From a virus (lineage: Duplodnaviria; Caudoviricetes): DNA of 64,000 bases. This document shows, in pieces, positions 30,552-39,929 of the stretch. The DNA lies in IMG/VR virus record IMGVR_UViG_3300025617_000909, positions 347 through 64,346 of that record; one strand, 5' to 3'. Position 1 is the stretch's first letter, and each line of letters opens with the position of its first letter. The notes beneath the pieces are model-generated. The model had not been told where the DNA came from. It did not search any database and saw only the letters and a program-made list of their open reading frames with translations. The translations under genes and the position numbers were made by a program.

Positions 30552-32003
30552 ATGCCGTTTATCAATAGAGCTTCAAAAGATCTACTTACTACAGGACAAA
30601 AAGTCAACTACTTTGTGGATTGGACCTTGGGCAATCCCGGCGGGCTCAATGGCAGATTACAAAGAATTGCCGTTAAGGGAGACGGTACAACTGTGTATGC
30701 TGGAAATCCTACACGTGGAATTGGCTCTACTTTTCAATCTGGAGCAGTGTACGCAATAACAAATAGTTCTTCTGAAACGATCGCAAATGGCACAAGTGAC
30801 TATCAACGAGTAGGAGAGAGTGTAGCGGTGCTGGATGACGGACAAAGCACAGGTGGTTGGTATTATGTGGCTAACGGTCGACCTGGCGCCGGCACAAATG
30901 CGTCAGGCCAAGTCCGGGTAAACAATTTTTATGGCGGTTTTGATAATTTCTCAACAATTGATAACCCAGATACTTCGGGAACATCAGGATATGATTATGA
31001 TACTGATACAGCCGGTGTACCAGACGGATTCGGCACATACATCATGATGTTTGATGGCTCGGGCGATGTTGGTGGACAATTAGAATTATTCATTGCCGCG
31101 CCCTTTTACGGAAATGCCACAACAGGTGCTGTCGGTAGAATCTATCACTATAGAAGAACAGCGAACTCGTTTTCCGCCAATTGGACTTTATTAGCCACCA
31201 TTGATGGCCCAGCCAATCCCAGTTACATTACCGGAACCAAAAGATTAGGCGTTGGAAGTTTTGGTCACAGTATGGCCATACAATGGAATTTTGATATTGT
31301 GCTTGGCTTCATATATCAATTAGCAGTTGGAGATCCCTATCAAGGCAATAACGATAATCGAGGAAGAATTAGTTTACATAGATTTGACGTTTCGGCTAGT
31401 TCTTGGGCCCAAGGTCTCGTACAAGAAGGCACACAGTCTAATGGTTACTGGGGATGGGACATGGATCTAAAAAATGGCATATTTGCTGTTTCTAGCCCTG
31501 CTATCACAGGCACCGGAAGAACTGAATTTGTCAGGGTCTGGGATAACTTTGATAATTTGTACACTAACTTAAACCCAACAGCGTACATTCAATTTGAAAA
31601 AAGCGATCTAGGTGTATCACCAACAAAGGACGATCAAGGATGGTTTGGACATTCACTGGCTATTGATAGTCGGGATTCATCAGTTCTCTATATTGGATCA
31701 CCTACATATGACCCGCCGTTTAATCCAAACACTATTGTTACTGAAGGTCAAGGAAGAGTGTATGTAGTAAACCCTCTGACCGGAGAGCTCAGGTCAATTA
31801 TAGAAGCACCCGATCCTGTTTCGGGAGGTGGTATGAATGATAGATTTGGTTTTGCTATTGCTGTTCCTAATAGAAATGAATTTTTATCCTACAGCAATGA
31901 TAATCCGCCCCAACTAGTAGTACTTGCTGAAAAAGGTGATAAAGGAACCGGACCGATTTTTAGTTCAGTAGGAAGAATTTACAATTTATATGTTCGCTAT
32001 TGA
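30552..32003 (+). CDS. FG-GAP-like beta-propeller protein
   Basis: Repeated FGxSxA...xGxP...GRVY units. Confidence 0.65.
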   Translation: MPFINRASKDLLTTGQKVNYFVDWTLGNPGGLNGRLQRIAVKGDGTTVYAGNPTRGIGSTFQSGAVYAITNSSSETIANGTSDYQRVGESVAVLDDGQSTGGWYYVANGRPGAGTNASGQVRVNNFYGGFDNFSTIDNPDTSGTSGYDYDTDTAGVPDGFGTYIMMFDGSGDVGGQLELFIAAPFYGNATTGAVGRIYHYRRTANSFSANWTLLATIDGPANPSYITGTKRLGVGSFGHSMAIQWNFDIVLGFIYQLAVGDPYQGNNDNRGRISLHRFDVSASSWAQGLVQEGTQSNGYWGWDMDLKNGIFAVSSPAITGTGRTEFVRVWDNFDNLYTNLNPTAYIQFEKSDLGVSPTKDDQGWFGHSLAIDSRDSSVLYIGSPTYDPPFNPNTIVTEGQGRVYVVNPLTGELRSIIEAPDPVSGGGMNDRFGFAIAVPNRNEFLSYSNDNPPQLVVLAEKGDKGTGPIFSSVGRIYNLYVRY

Positions 32004-33292
32004 ATCTTAAGCAATACAGTATCCAGGTTAATACGACCGTTGAGCTTGATATCTGTAGTCTTAATTTCATCTAGATACTTACGAAGTTTTACCTTGCCAC
32101 AAGCATAGAATTCAGCAAGTTGTTCTTTAGGTTTACGCAGTGTCTTTTGAATACTTTCTTCTTCGTTAAATCCAATAACCGTAGTACCTTTAACATTTAA
32201 CCCACTACCAGGGCGGCCAGCGCCTGTTGGATCAATGTTGGCTGCCACATATTTGCCAATTTTACGTGTTTTAATATTGTAAACCCAAAGCTCATTAGCA
32301 CCAATAATATCTACTGGATCAATCGAAACCATTTTTAAATCTTCATCTGTACGTTTGTACTTCATTTTAGCAACAAGTTTTTCTTTATTGATTGCTTTAG
32401 GTTTGCGCGGCTTGCGGGTTACTTTGCCTTCCTGCATAATCATGTCACAAGCACCAATAGCATCCTGTAAGAATGTCATGATATTTTTGATGCTCTTCTT
32501 GCTGAGATGTGCGTAACCTTCTTTTAGCTGATTCCACAAATCTTGCTCTAAGTCACTCATTTTATCTAACTTTGCTTTTGTTGGAAAGTTAGTGAGTTCT
32601 GTGTATTCTTTATAAATTGGTTCTAGATGATTCTTGATGATGCGAGCATGTGCTGGCTTTACTTGATTTGTACGAAAATCTTTAAGTACGTCTAATGCTT
32701 TAGGATCAAATTTTTCATGATCTTCAACAAATAATTCAATCTGATCATCAATAGGACCCATCAGACTCATTGCGGCTTCACGAAGTCTTTCTTGGATAGT
32801 AGGAACATAAACGTTCTCATTGGCTTTTTCTTCTTTTTTCTTTACTTCAACAACTTTCGAGCCTGCTAAAATTGCTTCTTCAACCCGCTTTTTAATAAAG
32901 TCTGTTAGTGGCTTTTTACTACCCATTGTGCCAGTAAGACTTTCCCAATACTCGTTTTCTTTTTCGTTGTAATTTGGAGCACCGTCCATTAATTGCTTAC
33001 AACTGATACCAGCACTAATGCTTAAAATATAACTTGGAGCGGCTTTTGCTTGCTTAATCTGTTCTTTAGTATATTCCTTTGATTCAGTCATCCATTGGAA
33101 AATAAATTCGTAAAGGTCAGTAGATTTAAAATTTTCGTAATAGAAACTACGACATACTTCTCTATGTCGATGGATTTCTTGTCCAGTCCATTCTTCCCAA
33201 CCGTCCCAACTTGGGCCACTTAGTTTGCCGCCTCTCTTTACTCGAGGTGCCGCACGAACCTTCTTCTTACGGGTAGTCTTTGGTAATGCCAT
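31997..33292 (-). CDS. Conserved hypothetical phage protein
   Basis: 431 aa, AGGAG SD, own sigma70 promoter. Confidence 0.7.
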   Translation of the reverse strand: MALPKTTRKKKVRAAPRVKRGGKLSGPSWDGWEEWTGQEIHRHREVCRSFYYENFKSTDLYEFIFQWMTESKEYTKEQIKQAKAAPSYILSISAGISCKQLMDGAPNYNEKENEYWESLTGTMGSKKPLTDFIKKRVEEAILAGSKVVEVKKKEEKANENVYVPTIQERLREAAMSLMGPIDDQIELFVEDHEKFDPKALDVLKDFRTNQVKPAHARIIKNHLEPIYKEYTELTNFPTKAKLDKMSDLEQDLWNQLKEGYAHLSKKSIKNIMTFLQDAIGACDMIMQEGKVTRKPRKPKAINKEKLVAKMKYKRTDEDLKMVSIDPVDIIGANELWVYNIKTRKIGKYVAANIDPTGAGRPGSGLNVKGTTVIGFNEEESIQKTLRKPKEQLAEFYACGKVKLRKYLDEIKTTDIKLNGRINLDTVLLKIQ

Positions 33293-33326
33293 GATTTAGG
33301 GCTCCTAAAAAATCTAACTATGAATA

Positions 33327-33355
33327 ATTGTACGATATTTTTATATATATGTCAA
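33327..33355 (-). promoter_or_regulatory. sigma70-type early promoter
   Basis: TTGACA-N17-TACAAT. Confidence 0.75.
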
Positions 33356-33376
33356 GAGCTAACTATAAATATTTTT

Positions 33377-34942
33377 ATGAATAAATCACTCAAAATAGTA
33401 ATCGTCGGCGGAGGATCCGCAGGATGGTTAACTGCCGGATGGTTAAGCGTCTTTCAAAAAGATTGTGAAATCGAAGTAATAGAATCTGATACAATATCCA
33501 CAATAGGTGTAGGTGAAAGTGTTACACCTCACGTTGATTTATTTTTATCAGACATGGGAATTGATAGACATCATTGGATGAGAACCACAAATAGTGTTTA
33601 TAAATTAGCAAATAAATTTACTAATTGGGTTAGTAATTCGGGAGAAACTGAATATTTTAGTTTTAATTACACGTTACCTGCTGACAGTTTATATCAAGAT
33701 ATTACAAAATATTTTAATAAGACTCAATTATCTGAAAGTATTGATTTAAGAAATACAGATATTTTGTATTCTCTAATTAAAAATAATAAATTAGAAAAAT
33801 TTGACAAGTATTTTAATCCGCAGTACTGTTATATGGAAAACAATACTTGTCATATAAAAGATCAAATTAATTGTTTAAATCAATTAGGTTCAATTAGTCA
33901 ACATATCAACGCCGAACAATTAGGAACATATATCAAAGATCACATTGCTATTCCTAACGGTGTAAAGTCTACCATAGCAACAATTAAAAAAGTAATAAGA
34001 GTTCCAGGAAACATACAATTAGTTAATCATTTAGTAACTGAAAAGGATGAGTTGATTGCTGGAGATCTTTTTATAGATTGTTCAGGATTCAAAAGAGTTT
34101 TAATGAACTCTTATCCTTTAGAAGTACACAAATACAAAGATCATCCTATCAACAGTAGTATAGTTGCGCAAACTGAATATCAAGATCCTACCAACGAATT
34201 AGTTAACTATACACAAAGTATTGCTAGAGAGAATGGGTGGCAGTTTAAAATTGGACTTTACAACAGAATGGGCAACGGCTATTGTTTCAGCGATGCTCAC
34301 GAAACTCAAGCAGATAAAAAATTTAGTTCGTTTGTAACTAATTTAAAAAACGAACCTAGACTGATAAAATGGACTCCAGAAAGACTTGTAGCACCTGGAA
34401 AAGAAAATGTAGCCGCTATTGGTTTGAGTTCTGGATTTGTAGAACCCTTAGAAGCCAATGCTCTTTATACAATTATTACTGGTATTAAATTGCTTGATAC
34501 AACTATTAACAAATACAAAATTACCAGCAGGTTTGATTGGTCTGATTACAATAAAAAACTTACACATACTATAGATGATATTGCTGATTTTCTAATAGTT
34601 CATTATACTCTTAGTCAAAGACAAGATACTGAATTTTGGAAAGATATGCGAGAGATTGGCAAGACCGACAATCACGAACAATTGATTAAAGACAAGTATT
34701 ATGATATACGAAACACAATGGGTTATGCGAGTCATAACCATACTATGTTTCCTGACTATATGTGGATACAATTAGCAACTCATTATAACATAGACATGGA
34801 TATTCAAGTTGATAATGAGTTGCTAGAGCTAGGACTACTAGAATTTAAACACAATTATAAAAAGCATTCACTAATTAGTAAAAGTACTTTAAATAATTAT
34901 GAATGGATTAACAAAGTAATTTTCGGATCTTCCGGTTCGTGA
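33377..34942 (+). CDS. Flavin-dependent tryptophan halogenase (PrnA-like)
   Basis: IVIVGGGSAGW, IGVGES, FIDCSGF, GWQFKIGL (WxWxIP variant), GFVEPLEA. Confidence 0.88.
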   Translation: MNKSLKIVIVGGGSAGWLTAGWLSVFQKDCEIEVIESDTISTIGVGESVTPHVDLFLSDMGIDRHHWMRTTNSVYKLANKFTNWVSNSGETEYFSFNYTLPADSLYQDITKYFNKTQLSESIDLRNTDILYSLIKNNKLEKFDKYFNPQYCYMENNTCHIKDQINCLNQLGSISQHINAEQLGTYIKDHIAIPNGVKSTIATIKKVIRVPGNIQLVNHLVTEKDELIAGDLFIDCSGFKRVLMNSYPLEVHKYKDHPINSSIVAQTEYQDPTNELVNYTQSIARENGWQFKIGLYNRMGNGYCFSDAHETQADKKFSSFVTNLKNEPRLIKWTPERLVAPGKENVAAIGLSSGFVEPLEANALYTIITGIKLLDTTINKYKITSRFDWSDYNKKLTHTIDDIADFLIVHYTLSQRQDTEFWKDMREIGKTDNHEQLIKDKYYDIRNTMGYASHNHTMFPDYMWIQLATHYNIDMDIQVDNELLELGLLEFKHNYKKHSLISKSTLNNYEWINKVIFGSSGS

Positions 34943-35220
34943 TATTGTACTGTCGCTTTAAAGTTTTCTAGATCAGGTATCCCTGCTAATTCTAGTTCTA
35001 TAGTTAAGTTATCGCTCATATACGGATCATCTTCACCCGAACCGTCGATCACAAATACAATTTCTACATCACTAAAATCGTTAAACTTAGCAGGATCAAC
35101 AATATCTCCTACAAGATACATTCCTAATAGATTTTCTCCTATTAGCGTATCCTCTGCTACGTGTTTAATATCTTTTCTACGAGCAACGAATCGCTCGATC
35201 ATAACTTCTCTATAATCCAT
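34897..35220 (-). CDS. Degenerate minimal nucleotidyltransferase-like protein
   Basis: GMYLVGD...FSDVEIVFV resembles hhFGS...SDhDh. Confidence 0.4.
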   Translation of the reverse strand: MDYREVMIERFVARRKDIKHVAEDTLIGENLLGMYLVGDIVDPAKFNDFSDVEIVFVIDGSGEDDPYMSDNLTIELELAGIPDLENFKATVQYHEPEDPKITLLIHS

Positions 35221-35221
35221 A

Positions 35222-35836
35222 TTACATTCTATATTTTTGAAAATATTCTTTGGTAAACTTAATTTCAGCTTCTCTGTTTTCCCAAATAATATTGTTAGTA
35301 TTCCTATGATTACGCCTAGCCTCCCAACTGCATAATCCCATCTCGCCGAAGTCTTGTTCTTTACCGAAGTCTTCTCCGCCATAATTTTTTGCTATAAATC
35401 CGATTGGTGCCCTAACACCGTATCTATGATGAATAGCATCTCTAACAGACCAGTCAAGTATGTAATCTTTAGTTACTACAACACAATGACTATCAACTAC
35501 ACCATTGTGTGTAACGTTCATTGGTTCTCCAATGATTTGTTTCCAACCTTTTTCAAGATGGGTGTAGTAAGAGATTACTTGTTTACAATGAGCTTCAATG
35601 CCATGTAGTCTTAAAACTCTTCGTAAAAAATAACTAGTAAAGAAACACTTATCGCCGTTAGCATGAAGATGTCCATTGCTCCAGAAACGATAATATATTT
35701 CTAATATTTTGTGATTCATTGTAGAAAAATCAAGTTCTGTTGATAATGCTAGTCCAAGATCTAATGGATCATAAAGTACCCGATGAGAAAATTCTTCTCT
35801 ATCAAAGTAAGGTGGTGATTTTGAGTTTTCATCCAT
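35222..35836 (-). CDS. Hypothetical protein, possible transglutaminase-like Cys-His-Asp fold
   Basis: DKCFFTS...LRLHG...SHCVV...ILDWS. Confidence 0.45.
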   Translation of the reverse strand: MDENSKSPPYFDREEFSHRVLYDPLDLGLALSTELDFSTMNHKILEIYYRFWSNGHLHANGDKCFFTSYFLRRVLRLHGIEAHCKQVISYYTHLEKGWKQIIGEPMNVTHNGVVDSHCVVVTKDYILDWSVRDAIHHRYGVRAPIGFIAKNYGGEDFGKEQDFGEMGLCSWEARRNHRNTNNIIWENREAEIKFTKEYFQKYRM

Positions 35837-35839
35837 ATA

Positions 35840-36553
35840 TTAACTATTTTCCCATAAATGAATAGAGTATCCTTTGCCGTTGCCGTCACCACCATTGTTA
35901 TCGATTTCTACTCCATCGTAGTGTAATTCAGTAACAATGTCCTCACCGTTAGGATATTCTGTTGTAAAAATTTTTAATTTAGCAGGGTCAAACTCTCCGT
36001 GAGTTTCAATCATGCCATCGAAGAATGTGCCTTTTTCTGAACTATAAAACTGTAATACATATTTGTCGCCGTAGTTATCAACACAACCCATCTCAACAAT
36101 GTCGAGATAATCTTCTCGACCTTCGTTTAAAGTTTCAATCCATTCACTGATGTCTTTGGCGTCAACAACAGATTTGATAACGCCACTGCTCCATTCAGCA
36201 TTTTTTACTTCGTCTATACTTAGGTTACCGTGATCGTATGAAACACCGTATTGATGTTCAAACTCATCATGATGTTCGTACCAAGGCCGAGCATCGCCCT
36301 CTTCATCGTACATAAAGTGAGCTTCGTCAGGAATATTAGTCCATTCAGACTTTTCTTTTTCTTCTGCTTCTAGCATATATTCCATGATATTTTCTTCGCC
36401 GTTTTCATCCATTTCGGCTTTCCAGTAATCGTACTGTGCTTTATTCAAATTGATGTAAGCTGATTCTCCACCATAACCCCAAAGGGTCACACTGTAAAAT
36501 CGAGGATCTTTTAGATGATCAATCAGCTCTTGTTTTTCTTGCGGCGATGCCAT
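35840..36553 (-). CDS. Acidic hypothetical protein
   Basis: AAGGAG SD; operon packing. Confidence 0.7.
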   Translation of the reverse strand: MASPQEKQELIDHLKDPRFYSVTLWGYGGESAYINLNKAQYDYWKAEMDENGEENIMEYMLEAEEKEKSEWTNIPDEAHFMYDEEGDARPWYEHHDEFEHQYGVSYDHGNLSIDEVKNAEWSSGVIKSVVDAKDISEWIETLNEGREDYLDIVEMGCVDNYGDKYVLQFYSSEKGTFFDGMIETHGEFDPAKLKIFTTEYPNGEDIVTELHYDGVEIDNNGGDGNGKGYSIHLWENS

Positions 36554-36740
36554 GGTCTTTCTCCTTAAACAGTTTTTTCAAGTACCATTTATTTTTACGA
36601 ATATACTGTTCCAATGTTAATTCGTTGTCTTTCCAAAAATAACGTTCTTCTTGGTTCTTATAAAACATTTCATTACAAAACCATCTAAACGTGTTTGGAT
36701 CAGGTAATCTAAATATCGGTTCAATGTTTTCATCGTTCAT
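36519..36740 (-). CDS. Hypothetical protein
   Basis: Starts 6 nt after a sigma70 -10 box (leaderless). Confidence 0.6.
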   Translation of the reverse strand: MNDENIEPIFRLPDPNTFRWFCNEMFYKNQEERYFWKDNELTLEQYIRKNKWYLKKLFKEKDHGIAARKTRAD

Positions 36741-37171
36741 GTTACAATTATGCTATCATTGTTGAATAAAGTCAAGTCTTTATCTTCAGTCCAGAACACA
36801 TTTTTTATTCCAAAATCATCAATAACACATTGACAACCGGCACAGGGTTTAGCAAGCCCGTGTATCCACTTCTTAGACTTAATATAAGGGCGTTTAACAC
36901 GCACTACGTATAAGTCGCACTCTTTGAGCTGTTGCTTGTCAATTAACCGCAGAGCGTTGCGTATAGCGTCTACTTCAGCATGCATATACAACTGGTCGTG
37001 GCGATACCCTTGACCCATCATCATAGGATGTGTTTTCTGTTGATTAACACCAGTAGCTATCAAGTTTTTTCGATAAATGATACCTGCGGCCATAGGTACT
37101 CTTCGGTTATCTACATAGCCGCCTGTTTCGATCGCAAGGCGTGTAAGTACTTTAGTAATCTTGCTGTTCAT
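36737..37171 (-). CDS. Zinc-dependent cytidine/nucleotide deaminase family protein
   Basis: HAEVDAI and KPCAGC. Confidence 0.8.
   Translation of the reverse strand: MNSKITKVLTRLAIETGGYVDNRRVPMAAGIIYRKNLIATGVNQQKTHPMMMGQGYRHDQLYMHAEVDAIRNALRLIDKQQLKECDLYVVRVKRPYIKSKKWIHGLAKPCAGCQCVIDDFGIKNVFWTEDKDLTLFNNDSIIVT
36747..36775 (-). promoter_or_regulatory. sigma70-type promoter
   Basis: TTGACT-N17-CATAAT-N6-ATG. Confidence 0.55.
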
Positions 37172-37172
37172 G

Positions 37173-37736
37173 CTAAACGTAGATATCGTAGTTGACTATA
37201 CATCGCGGCCCTTTTTTCGGTATGCCGCCACCGTGTTTTATAGACCCGTCAAAAAGAACTGCTCTGCCTTTTTTAGGTTCTACAGATTCTATAATGTTTC
37301 CAAAGTCATCAAAAAAGACAGTTGGTCCATCAGCATCGTTTACATAATAAATTACAACCATGTGCTTGCCTTGTAGGTCGACATGGGGAGCATAGTGATC
37401 TAAATCAGTTTCGTGAGGAACTGTGATATAGATTCTTCCAACTAAAATTTCTTTTAATTCTAAATTATGTGTGTTACAAACTGCCTGCGGAACCATGGCA
37501 AAGTTTTCTAAATGTTCGCTTAATGCTGTATGCGATTTAAGAACATGTACAAAACTAAGCGGCGACTGTCCTTGTTCTTGTGCTGTAGTTTCATACTTAC
37601 ATTTAAAAGGAACTGTAGGATAAATGAACTCCTCTCCTTTTAAACCCAAGGTGGCTAGTTCATAATAGTCTTGTAGGTAAGATGGGATAAGATCATCATA
37701 AACTTTAATTAGCGGTTTTGTCGTCTTCAACATCAT
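37173..37736 (-). CDS. 2OG-Fe(II) oxygenase
   Basis: PHVD...IYYVN...HGG...R facial-triad pattern. Confidence 0.8.
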   Translation of the reverse strand: MMLKTTKPLIKVYDDLIPSYLQDYYELATLGLKGEEFIYPTVPFKCKYETTAQEQGQSPLSFVHVLKSHTALSEHLENFAMVPQAVCNTHNLELKEILVGRIYITVPHETDLDHYAPHVDLQGKHMVVIYYVNDADGPTVFFDDFGNIIESVEPKKGRAVLFDGSIKHGGGIPKKGPRCIVNYDIYV

Positions 37737-38118
37737 CGTGGCACAATGCTTCTACTGTTTTATAATGTTCGTATGCTTTACGAAGGGCTTCAAATTTTTC
37801 TAGTTTATCTGGATCTGGTTGTAGAATAGCCAAACGCTTTTCCATTGTGTCCATGAATGTTTTTAAACTACGATTTCCAATCTTAACATCGCCCTTGTCA
37901 TTGATATTAAGATCACCTTCGGCAATGGTAATACCGCTATCAAAGTCATTAATAGTATCGAAGGTAAATGATGTAGGATATGTATCCGTTGTAGTATATG
38001 TAGTGGCATAACTGCCAGTGGAATCAATAGTTCCACCGACAGTCAATCCATCGATGCTACCAGCTACATGATAGTCTGGTATGTTAATCGTGTAAGTCTT
38101 GGTATCATCGTTTTCCAT
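37705..38118 (-). CDS. Hypothetical phage protein
   Basis: RLAILQPD...LRKAYEHYK C-terminus; operon packing. Confidence 0.65.
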   Translation of the reverse strand: MENDDTKTYTINIPDYHVAGSIDGLTVGGTIDSTGSYATTYTTTDTYPTSFTFDTINDFDSGITIAEGDLNINDKGDVKIGNRSLKTFMDTMEKRLAILQPDPDKLEKFEALRKAYEHYKTVEALCHDDVEDDKTAN

Positions 38119-38120
38119 AA

Positions 38121-38312
38121 TTAGGCCTTGGCTTCTTTACGTGAGTTTTTTTCTTCGGTAATCTCTGCTCTGCGTGTTTTTGCGAGCTTGGTTACTTCTT
38201 GAAGAGCCTTACGAGCTCTTGTACCAGCGGCTGCATTACCGCTGTCGAACTTTTCGTTTTCAGCTAAGAATGCTTCAAACTGTTCTCTGATTTGTTCTAC
38301 TGTCTGTGACAT
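38121..38312 (-). CDS. Histone H1-like (Hc1-type) small basic protein
   Basis: GNAAAGTRARKALQEVTKLAKTRRAEI. Confidence 0.7.
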   Translation of the reverse strand: MSQTVEQIREQFEAFLAENEKFDSGNAAAGTRARKALQEVTKLAKTRRAEITEEKNSRKEAKA

Positions 38313-38356
38313 GTTTTTTCCTCTTTATTAAAGTTATAATACTTATGACTGTATTA

Positions 38357-38471
38357 TGGTGCGGCTGGTAGGATTCGAACCTACAAAGGACAATCTGACT
38401 ACGTCATATCCCCATCCCCTTTCTAGCCTATGGGACTAGCGGGAGGTCTGCCATGTTCCACTCACAGCCAC
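38357..38471 (-). ncRNA. Oversized (115 nt) tRNA-like RNA with encoded CCA
   Basis: Acceptor GUGGCUG/CAGCCGC-A-CCA; T arm GUAGG-UUCGAAU-CCUAC; Leu-like D region; extended anticodon and variable arms. Confidence 0.7.
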
Positions 38472-38477
38472 TTTCAT

Positions 38478-38506
38478 AGTATAGCACAAGTTATATTTAA
38501 GATCAA
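38478..38506 (-). promoter_or_regulatory. sigma70 promoter of the tRNA-like RNA
   Basis: TTGATC-N17-TATACT with extended TG; RNA 5' end 6 nt downstream. Confidence 0.7.
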
Positions 38507-38522
38507 GTCTTTTTTATCCATT

Positions 38523-38957
38523 CTAATTCCGACGCATATTAGCAATTTCTTTGGCTTGATCTGTCCCTCGCATTACAGGAACTGCGTTACTTTTGTGCAT
38601 AGTAGCAATTCCTACAATTAGATCACCTGTGTATTTTACAGGTTCTTTCTTAGTCGCGACACCACCGACACCATTACCTAGACTTGGAATATTCGGTGTT
38701 TCTCTTCGATACCCATAGTCTGGAACAAACGGCTTTGTATCTACTGTTTTTTTACGTGGCTTGTATTCCCCGCGAATATAAGAAATGTAATCTTCAAAAT
38801 TTTTAAATTGTAAATCATGTAAATGTTTACGTCGCATACTTTTATTATGCTGTCTCCATTGTACTTCTAATTCTTGGAGACGTTTTTGTGTTAGTTTTTT
38901 ATGCTTAGGTTTTTTGGTATTAATTGTAGATAAACCCTGGGCCAAGTGCATAGTCAT
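38523..38957 (-). CDS. Conserved phage hypothetical protein
   Basis: C-terminal GIATMHKSNAVPV motif; AGGAG SD. Confidence 0.7.
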   Translation of the reverse strand: MTMHLAQGLSTINTKKPKHKKLTQKRLQELEVQWRQHNKSMRRKHLHDLQFKNFEDYISYIRGEYKPRKKTVDTKPFVPDYGYRRETPNIPSLGNGVGGVATKKEPVKYTGDLIVGIATMHKSNAVPVMRGTDQAKEIANMRRN

Positions 38958-38989
38958 AAAAATACTCCTGAGTAGTTACTAACATAATA

Positions 38990-39018
38990 ACTATACAGGA
39001 GTATTAGTGGTTTGTCAA
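38990..39018 (-). promoter_or_regulatory. sigma70 promoter with an inverted repeat complementary to the SD
   Basis: TTGACA-N17-TATAGT; AATACTCCTG/CAGGAGTATT 10-bp inverted repeat. Confidence 0.7.
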
Positions 39019-39034
39019 CGTTTAATTTGCCAAA

Positions 39035-39643
39035 TTAGGCGTCAGCAAGTTCCTTGATAAATTCAAAAGTTTCTTGCTTGGTATCATTATCTATTAGACA
39101 ACTGATACAATTTTCCGGTGATGTTTCACCGTAAGGATCGCTGTCTTTGCCTTCATCATTAATGCCAGGCTCTTCAAACCAATTTTCAATAACACCGTCA
39201 TTGACGATCATAGCATAACGCCACGAACGCATACCAAACCCTAAATGCGACTTGTCAATCAACATCCCCATTCTGCGGGTAAAGTTACCAGAACCGTCTG
39301 GAATAAATTTAATATTTTTAATCTCTTGATCGATCATCCACTTGCGCATAACAAAGGTGTCGTTAACAGAAATAACATAAACTTCATCAATGCCAAGCTC
39401 TTTGATCTTTTCATAGTTTTCTTCGAAACCCGGAACTTGATAAGTCGAGCAAGTTGGTGTAAATGCTCCTGGTAGGGAGAATACTAAAACTCGCTTGCCT
39501 TTAAAAATGTCATCAGTTGTAACATCTTTCCATTCAAATGGATTTTCGCTACCGTTTGTTTTGTCAACATAGGTAATAGGTTGTCCGTCAGTACGAACAC
39601 GATATTTAAAGGTAACCGATGGTACCTTAGCGCCTTTAATCAT
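39035..39643 (-). CDS. Peroxiredoxin (Prx5/redoxin family)
   Basis: LPGAFTPTCS, SVNDTFVM, GMRSWRYAMIV. Confidence 0.92.
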   Translation of the reverse strand: MIKGAKVPSVTFKYRVRTDGQPITYVDKTNGSENPFEWKDVTTDDIFKGKRVLVFSLPGAFTPTCSTYQVPGFEENYEKIKELGIDEVYVISVNDTFVMRKWMIDQEIKNIKFIPDGSGNFTRRMGMLIDKSHLGFGMRSWRYAMIVNDGVIENWFEEPGINDEGKDSDPYGETSPENCISCLIDNDTKQETFEFIKELADA

Positions 39644-39847
39644 AAACTTTCTCCGATTGTGTAAAATAGAACTGAATGTTCTCTGCGTTGTAGTTAGTAT
39701 TTACAATATAAAATTACTATAAAACCGACTTTTTCCATTTTATTTTTCTATGATAAACATAGAAAATTTAAATTAAGTGGGCCGTCTATCTTTTACAGGC
39801 GGACGACCCAAACGCTCTGTTGTAGTATCTTTCGCGATACTACGGTT

Positions 39848-39924
39848 TGGCCTGCCCTAGAGGATTCGAACCTCTGACCCACAGCTTAGAAGGCTGTTGC
39901 TCTATCCGGCTGAGCTAAGGGCAG
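39848..39924 (-). tRNA. tRNA-Arg(UCU)
   Basis: Cloverleaf, anticodon loop CUUCUAA, CCA end. Confidence 0.93.
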
Positions 39925-39929
39925 ATGCT

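Noticed and set aside
38357-38471. tmRNA or ordinary tRNA-Met call for the tRNA-like element
   Set aside because: No G3-U70 pair or tag ORF, and too short for tmRNA. The CAU sits in a loop lacking U33 on an over-long arm.
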